From assembly GCA_036393975.1 (NCBI GenBank), contig DASWFZ010000098.1:1-61602 (forward strand): a DNA stretch of 61,602 bases. The letters run 5' to 3'. A program made the position numbers and the translations under genes. The notes under the pieces are model-generated. The model was not told the origin of the DNA. It did not search any database and saw only the letters and a program-made list of their open reading frames with translations. Of this stretch, positions 44,675-52,824 are shown in pieces (position 1 is the stretch's first letter; every line of letters starts with the position of its first letter). The DNA is from a bacterium (GTDB taxonomy: Bacteria; Sysuimicrobiota; Sysuimicrobiia; Sysuimicrobiales; Kaftiobacteriaceae).

Positions 44675-44734
44675 TCCGGCTGTGCTAGAAGATAGGCTCG
44701 ACCAGCGGCGGGGCCCAGGCCTCGCCGCTGGTCT

Positions 44735-45682
44735 ATGGTCGGCTCGTCGTCGAGTTGCATGACACCACGCGTCCGTTATTTCCCGACGCACATCGTCGTC
44801 TTCATCCTGCCTGCTGCCGCCCTCTACACGGCGTTCATGGTCTACCCCCTCTTTGATTCTCTGCGGACGAGTCTGCAGGGCGCCCACGAGGGCGGAGGCG
44901 CGCTCTTCGTGGGACTGTCCAATTACGTGCGCCTGGTCACCGATCCTGTCTATGCTCCGCGATTCTGGGGGGCCTTGCAGCATAACCTGACCTTCTTTGC
45001 GATCCACATGCTGGTGCAAAACCCCGTCGCGCTGATGCTGGCGGCCCTGCTGAGTGCGCGCGACCTCGCCGGCCGTGCGCTGTACCGCACCGTACTCTTC
45101 GCCCCCACGGTCCTGTCGTTTGTGATTGTCGGGTTCATCTGGCAATTGATGCTCAGCCCCTTGTGGGGGGTCGCCGGAGGCGTGATGCGCTTCGTGGGCC
45201 TCGGCGCGTACTTCCGGCCGTGGCTGGGGCTGGAAGGGTATGCCCTCGTGACACTGTCGCTCGTGTCCGTCTGGCAGTTCGTGGGCATTCCGTTGATGCT
45301 GTTCCACGTCGCTTTACTGGGGATCCCCGACGAACTGCGGGAAGCCGCGCACGTGGACGGGGCATCTGGCTGGCGGGTGTTCTGGGGGATCGAGTTTCCT
45401 CTCATCCTGCCCGTCGTGGGCTTGGTCGCGATCCTGACGTATGTGGGCAACTTCAACGCCTTTGACCTCATTTACACCGTCAAAGGAGCCCTCGCCGGAC
45501 CCAATTTTTCCACGGACATCCTGGGCACGTTCTTCTACCGGACTTTTTTCGGATTTCAGCTCCAGATGGGCAACCCCGTGATGGGCGCCACTGTCGCGGG
45601 AGCGATGTTTGTGCTCGTTCTCGTCGGCGTGCTCCTCTATCTCTTCGCCTGGCAGCGATGGGTGGAGGCCCGCGTCCTCTAG
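44735..45682 (+). CDS. Carbohydrate ABC transporter permease (CUT1)
   Basis: ELREAAHVDGASGWRVFWGIEFPLILP loop. An alternative ATG at 44759 (MTPRVRYFP...) is possible. Confidence 0.85.
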   Translation: MVGSSSSCMTPRVRYFPTHIVVFILPAAALYTAFMVYPLFDSLRTSLQGAHEGGGALFVGLSNYVRLVTDPVYAPRFWGALQHNLTFFAIHMLVQNPVALMLAALLSARDLAGRALYRTVLFAPTVLSFVIVGFIWQLMLSPLWGVAGGVMRFVGLGAYFRPWLGLEGYALVTLSLVSVWQFVGIPLMLFHVALLGIPDELREAAHVDGASGWRVFWGIEFPLILPVVGLVAILTYVGNFNAFDLIYTVKGALAGPNFSTDILGTFFYRTFFGFQLQMGNPVMGATVAGAMFVLVLVGVLLYLFAWQRWVEARVL

Positions 45683-45692
45683 CGCCGCGACC

Positions 45693-46571
45693 ATGTCCTT
45701 GGCCCCCGCACCTCTGACGCGTCTGAGTTCTTCTGGACTCCGGGTCGCATCCTCCGGCAGGAGGACGATCGGCATCCACGCGGTCCTCATCGGGTATGCG
45801 CTGATCGCGCTGACCCCTGTGCTCCTCATCGTCATGAATTCCTTTAAAACACGGGAGGCGATTTTCGGGCGGCCGTTCTTCCCTCCCCTGCCGGGGGTGT
45901 TCAGCACCAGCGGGTATCTGACCATGTTTGAGCGCGCCCACTTCGCGCGCTATTTTGCCAACAGCGCGATCGTCGCTGGAGCGGCGATGACGCTGATTCT
46001 CCTGCTGGGAGCGATGGCCGGATTTGCCCTGGCGGAATACCGCTTCCGCGGCAATGCCTGGATCGGACTCTACCTCGCGCTGGGCATCATGATCCCGATT
46101 CGCCTGGGCACGGTGAGCATTCTGCGAATCATGTCCAGCCTGGGGTTGGTGAACACCCTCGTCGCGTTGATTCTGGTCTATGCGGCTCAAGGATTGCCGT
46201 TAGCGGTCTTCATTCTGCAGCAGTTCATGCGTCAGGTCCCCCAGGACCTGAAGGACGCCGCCCGCATCGATGGCATGAGTGAATACCGAATCTTCTGGCT
46301 GATCCTTCCGCTCGTACGCCCCGCGGTGGCCACAGTTGCCGTGTTTACGATGATCCCCATTTGGAATGACTTATGGTTTCCGCTGATTCTCGCCCCAGGG
46401 GAGGCCACAAAGACCCTCACGCTGGGAGCCCAGGCTTTCATTGGGCAATTCATCAGCGACTGGAACGCGATCCTGGCGTCGCTGACCCTGGCCATGGTGC
46501 CGGTCCTCGCGGTGTACATGTTGGTCTCTCGCAATCTCATCCGCGGCCTCACTGCAGGCGCACTCAAATAG
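45693..46571 (+). CDS. Carbohydrate ABC transporter permease (CUT1)
   Basis: DLKDAARIDGMSEYRIFWLILPLVRPA loop. The ATG at 45693 lies 11 nt after the upstream stop. The ORF-track start at 45609 would overlap the previous gene by 74 nt. Confidence 0.85.
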   Translation: MSLAPAPLTRLSSSGLRVASSGRRTIGIHAVLIGYALIALTPVLLIVMNSFKTREAIFGRPFFPPLPGVFSTSGYLTMFERAHFARYFANSAIVAGAAMTLILLLGAMAGFALAEYRFRGNAWIGLYLALGIMIPIRLGTVSILRIMSSLGLVNTLVALILVYAAQGLPLAVFILQQFMRQVPQDLKDAARIDGMSEYRIFWLILPLVRPAVATVAVFTMIPIWNDLWFPLILAPGEATKTLTLGAQAFIGQFISDWNAILASLTLAMVPVLAVYMLVSRNLIRGLTAGALK

Positions 46572-47587
46572 TGCGAGATGGCCCCGTGCGCGTAGCGATC
46601 ATCGGCACCGGGTTCATGGGAAAAATCCACGCCGAGGCCTGGAGCCAGACGGACGCCCGCCTTGTTGCTTTCGTGGGCAAGAAGGGAGCCGAAGGCAAGA
46701 CGCTGGCGGATGCCTACGGGTTGCGCTTTGCGACCACCCTCGAGGCTGTCGCGAGCGATATCGACGTGGTCGATATCTGCACTCCGACACATCTGCATCC
46801 AGAGCATTGTCTTCGCGCCGCCGCGGCGGCTAAACATGTCATCTGCGAGAAACCGCTCGCTCTGACCGTCGCCGACGGCCAGAGGATGATCCAGGCTTGC
46901 CGGGCAGCCGGAGTGCGCTTGCTGGTCGCGCACGTGCTCCGGTTCTTTCCTGAATACCGCTTGGCGCGAGAGATCGCGGCCCGAGGGGATATTGGGGAAC
47001 CAGCTGTGCTCCGGCTGTCACGCTGTACGTTTCGCCCCCGCAAGGCGGATAACTGGTACGCCGATCCGGCGCGGTCCGGGGGCATGATGTTGGACCTGAT
47101 GGTCCACGACTTCGACTACGCTCGCTGGGTGGCCGGGGATGTAGTGCGTGTCTTCGCGAAGGCGGCACAGACCTCGCCCTCGCCAGAAGGGATCGACCAT
47201 GCGCTGGCCATTCTCACGCATCGCCGGGGGGCGATCTCCCACCTCGAAGGGTCGTGGGCCTATCCTCCCCCACTCTTTCTCACACGCCTGGAGATCGCGG
47301 GCTCCGCGGGGTTGATCGAGTACACGAGCCCATCGACGGCAGCAATCGAGATGCACCTGCGCCCAGAGAACGGGCCCTCTCAGGAAGTTGCTCTGCCGAC
47401 GAGCCCACTACGGGAGAGTCCGTACACCACGCAGCTGCGGGCCTTCCACGAAGCTCTGGTGCAGGGCACGGAGCCCCCGGTGCGCGCCGAAGACGGCGCG
47501 GCGGCCGTGCAGATCGCGCGCGCTGCGATCGAGTCCGTCCGCCGGGGCGCCCCCGTGGAGATTGAGCAAGAAGGAGAGCGACGGTGA
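46571..47587 (+). CDS. Gfo/Idh/MocA-family NAD(P)-dependent oxidoreductase
   Basis: VRVAIIGTGFMGKIHAEAW Rossmann motif at the N-terminus. GTG at 46571 overlaps the upstream TAG (TAGTG). The ORF-track start at 46373 lies inside the permease gene. Confidence 0.8.
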   Translation: MRDGPVRVAIIGTGFMGKIHAEAWSQTDARLVAFVGKKGAEGKTLADAYGLRFATTLEAVASDIDVVDICTPTHLHPEHCLRAAAAAKHVICEKPLALTVADGQRMIQACRAAGVRLLVAHVLRFFPEYRLAREIAARGDIGEPAVLRLSRCTFRPRKADNWYADPARSGGMMLDLMVHDFDYARWVAGDVVRVFAKAAQTSPSPEGIDHALAILTHRRGAISHLEGSWAYPPPLFLTRLEIAGSAGLIEYTSPSTAAIEMHLRPENGPSQEVALPTSPLRESPYTTQLRAFHEALVQGTEPPVRAEDGAAAVQIARAAIESVRRGAPVEIEQEGERR

Positions 47588-48606
47588 TCCGCCTGGGGCT
47601 CATGAGCTTCGCCCATGTCCACGCCGAGGCATACGTCGAGAACATCCGGGGGATAGCTGACGCCCAGCTGGTCGGCGCCGCCGATGACGATCGGGCCCGC
47701 GGTGAGCACTTCGCTGCCAAGCTCGGCGTGCAGTCCTTCCTCACGTACGAGGAACTTCTCGCCCAGCACCTCGATGGCGTTATCGTGTGCTCGGAAAATA
47801 CGCGGCACCGTGCTCTCGTGGAGATGGCCGCGCGGGCCGGGGTTGGTGTCTTGTGCGAAAAACCCCTCGCCACGACGCTCGCAGATGCACGCGCCATGAT
47901 CGAGGCCTGTGCGCGAGCGGGTGTAATCCTGATGGTCGCCTTCCCAATGCGGTTCAGCGCTCCACTGCTCCAGGCGCGCCAGGCGGTGGAGGAAGGCCGC
48001 GTGGGGAAGATCGCGTGCTGCATCGGCACAAACCAGGGGCAGAACCCCCGCCGGCATCGCGCGTGGTTTGTAGATAAACAGCTGGCCGGCGGCGGCGCGG
48101 TCATGGATCACACCGTGCATCTCGTTGACATCCTCAGGTGGTATCTGCGGACCGAAGTAGCCGAGGTCTACGCGCAGACGACCGAGCTGTTGCCAGGCGG
48201 CAACGGAGGGGTCGAGACTGGAGGGCTGCTCCTCCTCACCCTGGCGAACGGTCTCTTCGCGTCGATCGACTGCAGCTGGAGTCGGCCGGCGTCGTATCCG
48301 ACGTGGGGAGGGCTCGCCCTGGAACTGATTGGCGAGCGCGGTGTCCTGCGGGTCGACGCGTTTCGCCAAAACCTCATTATCTACCCCGAGCGGTCACCCG
48401 CGATTCAGTGGCAGCCGTGGGGATCCGATGCCAATCAAGCAATGATAGCGGAATTCGTCGCCGCGATTCGCGAGCACAGGGACCCTGCCGTGACAGGGAC
48501 CGATGGGTACCGGGCCCTCGAGGTCATCAGCGCGGCGTACGAGTCGGCGCGAACTGGACAGCCAGTGCGCCTTCCCGTGGCCGACCAACATACGGAGGGG
48601 GCATGA
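47584..48606 (+). CDS. Gfo/Idh/MocA-family oxidoreductase (second paralogue)
   Basis: [21 protein letters not shown] ... [29 protein letters not shown] is the typical family pattern. 4-nt overlap with the upstream gene. Confidence 0.75.
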   Translation: MIRLGLMSFAHVHAEAYVENIRGIADAQLVGAADDDRARGEHFAAKLGVQSFLTYEELLAQHLDGVIVCSENTRHRALVEMAARAGVGVLCEKPLATTLADARAMIEACARAGVILMVAFPMRFSAPLLQARQAVEEGRVGKIACCIGTNQGQNPRRHRAWFVDKQLAGGGAVMDHTVHLVDILRWYLRTEVAEVYAQTTELLPGGNGGVETGGLLLLTLANGLFASIDCSWSRPASYPTWGGLALELIGERGVLRVDAFRQNLIIYPERSPAIQWQPWGSDANQAMIAEFVAAIREHRDPAVTGTDGYRALEVISAAYESARTGQPVRLPVADQHTEGA

Positions 48607-48652
48607 GTCGTCACACGGATGTGAGAGCATAGGCGAGGAGGCACGCGACCTA

Positions 48653-49096
48653 ATGGACAGACAAGTCCCGATGGCAGACGTGAAACGCATCGCCCTGATT
48701 GCGCATGACAACAAGAAGCAGGATCTTCTAGCCTGGGCGGGGTTCAACAAGGATCTGTTGGCCCGACACACACTATTTGCGACGGAAACGACCGGCCGGC
48801 TCCTGGAGCAGCACTTCGGCCTACAGGTGGCCAAATTCCGCAGCGGGCCGCTGGGAGGCGATCAGCAAATTGGGGCCAAGATCACCGATGGCGAGATCGA
48901 CTTCTTAATCTTCTTCTGGGACCCGCTCGCACCGCACCCCCATGACCCCGACGTGAAGGCCCTCCTCCGTGTCGCGGTCGTCTGGAACATCCCCGTCGCC
49001 TGCAACCGGGCTTCTGCAGACTTCATGATCTCGTCACCGTTGATGAAGGGCGAATACCGGCGGTCGATCCCAGCGTACGGGGACGCGAAGGTTTAG
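48653..49096 (+). CDS. mgsA: Methylglyoxal synthase
   Basis: [14 protein letters not shown] ... TGRLLE ... [12 protein letters not shown] ... DFLIFFWDP ... [23 protein letters not shown] is unmistakably MgsA. AGGCGAGGAG RBS precedes the ATG at 48653. Confidence 0.9.
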   Translation: MDRQVPMADVKRIALIAHDNKKQDLLAWAGFNKDLLARHTLFATETTGRLLEQHFGLQVAKFRSGPLGGDQQIGAKITDGEIDFLIFFWDPLAPHPHDPDVKALLRVAVVWNIPVACNRASADFMISSPLMKGEYRRSIPAYGDAKV

Positions 49097-49116
49097 AGCA
49101 CGCCGGAGAGGACCGG

Positions 49117-49599
49117 CTACCCCGCGGAGAGCGTCCACCGACGGAAGCCCTGGGTGGGATTCCACCGCATGGCAAACCGCTCGCGGCCAAAGACGATGTA
49201 GGCGGCATGACCGATATCGACCGAGAATAGGTGGTACGGTTCGGCCGGCCGCCACGCAATCTTCGCCTCAAGGACGTCACCGTACCGTCGGCGCATGGCC
49301 GGATCGGCGACGTCAGTTACCTGGCCGTATACCTTGAAATCGCCGTCCGTCCCCTCGCGGTCGCAAGTCACACTGTGCACAACCACCCGCGGATCACGCA
49401 AGAGATCGAGAGCTTTCTTCGAGCGCCACATCATTCCCAGCAGGAGTTGTGTGTCGACGATGTAGGCCTCAACCGGACTAATACGCGGCCACCCGTTGGC
49501 GCGCAGCGTGCCGATGAGGGCCAATCCGGGTCCCTCCAGACGTTTCTGCCCGATGGCCGCGAGTTCAGGGGACGCCAGAGTAAACTGATGCCAGTTCAC
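49117..49599 (-). CDS. Pyridoxamine 5'-phosphate oxidase-family (FMN/F420-binding split-barrel) protein
   Basis: NWHQFTLASPELAAIGQKRL ... IGTLRANGWPRISPVE ... LRDPRVVVHS. The GTG at 49599 has a GGAGGTG RBS 8 nt upstream. The ORF track extends to 49623. Confidence 0.7.
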   Translation of the reverse strand: MNWHQFTLASPELAAIGQKRLEGPGLALIGTLRANGWPRISPVEAYIVDTQLLLGMMWRSKKALDLLRDPRVVVHSVTCDREGTDGDFKVYGQVTDVADPAMRRRYGDVLEAKIAWRPAEPYHLFSVDIGHAAYIVFGRERFAMRWNPTQGFRRWTLSAG

Positions 49600-49809
49600 G
49601 AGAATGCACCTCCACCCCGCCACAGCTTAGAAGTTAAGGCGCCCCACGCCTCTGTGATCAAGTGGGGGACTTGCGAGATGCGCACACCCGTTTGACAGTC
49701 GGAGTTCAGGTCCTTTACCCGACCTGCTGACTCAAGGGCCTCACTGATGATTGACCGCCGCGAACGTGCAGACGTGATCGGCTTGAGGCACTTCACTTTT
49801 CTCCCCCCC

Positions 49810-49823
49810 TAATCAATTGGTTA
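49810..49823. promoter_or_regulatory. AT-rich near-palindrome upstream of the HTH-TPR regulator gene (candidate operator)
   Basis: TAATCAATTGGTTA: 6 of 7 arm positions pair around the CAATTG core. About 55 nt upstream of the start at 49879/49888. Confidence 0.3.
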
Positions 49824-49878
49824 ATACGCGACATCTTCTGGACGCAGCAGGGGTGCGCGTACACACGCGCGAAGCGTC

Positions 49879-51219
49879 GTGCATATTATGCCTGAACAAC
49901 GCTCCGCCAAATCTCCGGTGTGGCTGAAGCGTCTGGGCAGCCGGATCCGGCAGGCCCGCCGCACCCGGGGATTCACCCAAACGGACATCGCGAAGCCGAA
50001 TCTGACCAAGAGCTTCATCAGTTTGCTAGAGTCCGGGCGGACCTACCCGTCTGTAAGTACGCTGGTTACCCTTGCCAGTCGCCTGCAGACGTCATTGGGG
50101 TTGCTCTTGCTGGAAACCCCCCAATTGCCTCGCGAGACCGCGCTCAACCTGCTGGAGTTGGCCAGGGCGAATGCGCCGGCTCACGCCGCCTCCACCGATC
50201 GGTTGCTCTCCGCGGCTGAAGTCCTCTCCGAAGACGTCGACGATCTGCGCGGAGAACTCCTGATGACACGCGGCGATATCGCCTTGATGCAGGGGCGACC
50301 GAAAGACGCCGAGCGCGCCTTTGCCGACGTGCTCACCTATAGCCGCAAGCGGCACCTCCCCTCCTTCGAGCCCCGGGCGACGGCCCGGATCGCCCATCTG
50401 GCGTTAGCCCGCCATGAGGACGACCACGGCCAGGCCCACTTGGAAGAGGCGCTTAAACAATTCCGTGCTACCCGCACGTTGCGATCCGTCGATGGATGCG
50501 ACGCGCTGCTGGCCTACGGCGAACTCCTCAGCCGCCAGGGGCGGACCGCGCGAGCGCAGCGCGTCTTGGAAGAAGTCGCCCAGGTTGCCCAGAGGCAGGA
50601 CCTCCCTCTGACGCTGGGTCGGGCGCAGTTGGGGGTGGGGCGGATTCACCTCGCCGCCGGCCGGACGGCGCAAGCTGTGGCTGCGTTGCGCAGCGCGCGG
50701 GACGGGTTAATGACTGCGGGCGACTCTGCCGAGGGAGCCACCGCCCTGCAGATGCTCGGGAAGCTACTTGCCGATGCGGGGGAGTTGCAAGACGCGCACG
50801 ACGCCCTGCAGAGTGCGCTGCAGGCACAGGAGCGGTTGGGCACCACCCGCAGTCGCGCTGCGACCCTCGACGATTTGGCACGGGTCCTGGTCCGAATGGG
50901 CAAGATCGCCGACGGACAGCGCGAGGCGAAAGCTGCGCTGGCGCTCGCTGAGGAACACCACGATGTGGTGCAAAAGGCACGCTCTCTCGTGACGCTGGCG
51001 CAGGTGGCCCGTGCGCAGCACCGCTGGAAGCAGGCGATCGACCAGTTCAAAGAAGCGGTCGAAGGATTCCGGCGCGCGAGACTGTCGATCGAACTCGCAG
51101 AGGCGGCCCGGGAATTGGGAATGCTCCTTAAGGAACGCGGGGAGCATGCCCAGGCGGCCGACTACCTCGCGATGGCAATCTCCATCGAAGCAGAAACGCG
51201 CAAGCGCCCCACCGCCTAA
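49879..51219 (+). CDS. XRE-type helix-turn-helix regulator fused to a long TPR domain
   Basis: LKRLGSRIRQARRTRGFTQTDIAKPNLTKSFISLLESGRTYPSVSTLVTLASRL (Cro/C1-type HTH) is followed by ~370 aa of Ala/Leu-rich TPR-like repeats. GTG at 49879 or ATG at 49888. Confidence 0.75.
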   Translation: MHIMPEQRSAKSPVWLKRLGSRIRQARRTRGFTQTDIAKPNLTKSFISLLESGRTYPSVSTLVTLASRLQTSLGLLLLETPQLPRETALNLLELARANAPAHAASTDRLLSAAEVLSEDVDDLRGELLMTRGDIALMQGRPKDAERAFADVLTYSRKRHLPSFEPRATARIAHLALARHEDDHGQAHLEEALKQFRATRTLRSVDGCDALLAYGELLSRQGRTARAQRVLEEVAQVAQRQDLPLTLGRAQLGVGRIHLAAGRTAQAVAALRSARDGLMTAGDSAEGATALQMLGKLLADAGELQDAHDALQSALQAQERLGTTRSRAATLDDLARVLVRMGKIADGQREAKAALALAEEHHDVVQKARSLVTLAQVARAQHRWKQAIDQFKEAVEGFRRARLSIELAEAARELGMLLKERGEHAQAADYLAMAISIEAETRKRPTA

Positions 51220-51470
51220 CCCGCACGGCTCGCTCGCTCATCAACCGCCATCGCGCATCCAGGTCCATCGCCCCGCGCATCTTCCTCCGTCGGCTAGTGT
51301 GCTCAAAATCGCTCCGCAGAACGTTCCACTAATCTTCTCAACAACTTGTGCCCGCTGGCCGTTCCCGGCGCCCTATGCCAAGTAACGGGAGGGCAGGGGA
51401 ACTTCTGGTTTCCCAATTGCGTAACCGGAGGGCAAAGCTTAACCGAACTCTGAGCACGGAGGGGATTCAA

Positions 51471-51950
51471 ATGGGGAGAATTGCGGTAGTTCTAGTAGTT
51501 ATCTTGAGTCTTATCACCATGCCGCTGCTTTCGGCCCACGCGGCCACCACTAACACCGCCCCGGCTCTCAAGCGGGTGGATGGGCTGCTCGACAGGTCGC
51601 TGAGGGAGTTGAAGGCGGCCGAGCGGTTCGCGGACCAGAAGCACCTGGGCCGAATCGACCGCACGACAGATCAGGGCATGAAGCTGGCCCGCTCGGCGGA
51701 GAACACGATCGACAACGCACTACGCATAGTGCGACGGGCCGGAGAGAAGCCTTTGACCAAGGCCCAACACGACCAACTCGAGCGGGTCGTCATGCGAGCG
51801 CAGCACGAACTGCGTCAGGCTGAGGCCATGCTCGACAAGGCAACGCAGCAGGGACAAGACTTCAAGCGGCTGCGGGAGATGTTCAGCCGCGCGGACCAAC
51901 AGTTGGACGAAGCATTGAAGCTTGTTCATCAGGTGGTCGCAGGGATGTAA
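51471..51950 (+). CDS. Secreted alpha-helical (coiled-coil-like) protein of unknown function
   Basis: GGAGGGGA RBS. Signal peptide MGRIAVVLVVILSLITMPLLSAHAATT. The remainder is charged and helical. Confidence 0.6.
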   Translation: MGRIAVVLVVILSLITMPLLSAHAATTNTAPALKRVDGLLDRSLRELKAAERFADQKHLGRIDRTTDQGMKLARSAENTIDNALRIVRRAGEKPLTKAQHDQLERVVMRAQHELRQAEAMLDKATQQGQDFKRLREMFSRADQQLDEALKLVHQVVAGM

Positions 51951-51983
51951 GCTCGTTGCACCACATCGGATTCGCCGCAATGC

Positions 51984-52013
51984 GCAGCAGCCGGAGCTAA
52001 CTCCGGCTGCTGC
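51984..52013. terminator. Bidirectional terminator-like hairpin between convergent genes
   Basis: GCAGCAGCCGGAG-CTAA-CTCCGGCTGCTGC, a 13-bp perfect stem with a 4-nt loop. It lies 34 nt after the plus-strand stop and 12 nt after the minus-strand stop. Confidence 0.6.
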
Positions 52014-52024
52014 TGTCATCTCCG

Positions 52025-52348
52025 TCAGTTGAGTGGCGTGACCTCTGCTAAGCCCTGCGCCATCCGTGCGATGGCCTGTTCCGCTTCCTGCCGCGTTAGG
52101 GCCCGCAGCGTCTCAGTGCGGGAGTTGCCGCCAGAACCAAGGGAAAACAGAAATGCACTTACAGCTCTGTCGTCCGGGGCATCGACGATCGCTACGAAAT
52201 CATAGCGCCCCATGGTCCGATAGAGGTCCTTTACCCGACCGCCAACCTTCTCGCAGAGTGTGCGAAGGGCTTCCTCGCGCTTGAGAGATTCTCGGATATT
52301 ACGGATTCCTCGGTCTGTCCAGTTACCGAGCACGACGTACGTCGACAT
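52025..52348 (-). CDS. GYD-domain protein
   Basis: 107 aa. MSTYVVLGNWTDRGIRNIRES ... LYRTMGRYDFVAIVDAPDD is the typical GYD-family pattern. Confidence 0.7.
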   Translation of the reverse strand: MSTYVVLGNWTDRGIRNIRESLKREEALRTLCEKVGGRVKDLYRTMGRYDFVAIVDAPDDRAVSAFLFSLGSGGNSRTETLRALTRQEAEQAIARMAQGLAEVTPLN

Positions 52349-52365
52349 GTCCGTCCTTTCTTCGA

Positions 52366-52665
52366 CTATATGCCCCTGGCCTTGCGAGGCTCCTTGGTAA
52401 TCCCATACCAGAGGAAGACTGCTCCGATCAGCACGAACAAGGGCTCAATCGCCACGTCTTCTCGGTGGTTGGTTACGTGATGCAGGCCAAAAATCCAATG
52501 CACCCAAATGATGTCAAAAAACAGGACCAACCCTGTGCCTGCAAGCACACCCAGGAAGAATGAGTGCGATCTAGTGCGTCCGCTCCAGACCAAGAATCCA
52601 ATGAGGACCGCAAAGGCGAGGGCTAGAACTATGTTTCGTCCGGTGAGTCCTGCGACTTGAAACAT
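52366..52665 (-). CDS. Small integral membrane protein (DUF2243-like)
   Basis: Three hydrophobic helices. FDIIWVHWIFGLHHV resembles the HH-containing motif of DUF2243 proteins. The family assignment is tentative. Confidence 0.45.
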   Translation of the reverse strand: MFQVAGLTGRNIVLALAFAVLIGFLVWSGRTRSHSFFLGVLAGTGLVLFFDIIWVHWIFGLHHVTNHREDVAIEPLFVLIGAVFLWYGITKEPRKARGI

Positions 52666-52824
52666 TGCCTCCTCCTAAGCGCGTCAGTCCCATCTGCGCA
52701 CAGCCTTGAAACTCACATCTCCTTCTAGGTCCAGACCGTTCAGATACACATACGTCCAGGAATCTCTTCGCTTGGTCAGAACTGCCTACCTATCTCAGTG
52801 TTGTAGCGTCCACCTTCGAACAAT

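Noticed and set aside
44372-45307. A 311-aa minus-strand ORF spanning the SBP/permease junction.
   Set aside because: It overlaps two convincingly coding plus-strand genes and has a biased Arg/His/Gln/Pro composition. It is a shadow ORF.
47280-48369. Two long minus-strand ORFs (274 and 329 aa) over the Gfo/Idh/MocA genes.
   Set aside because: Both are antisense to genes with Rossmann motifs and operon-style overlaps. Their products are Arg/Ala/Ser/Pro-rich with no domain pattern.
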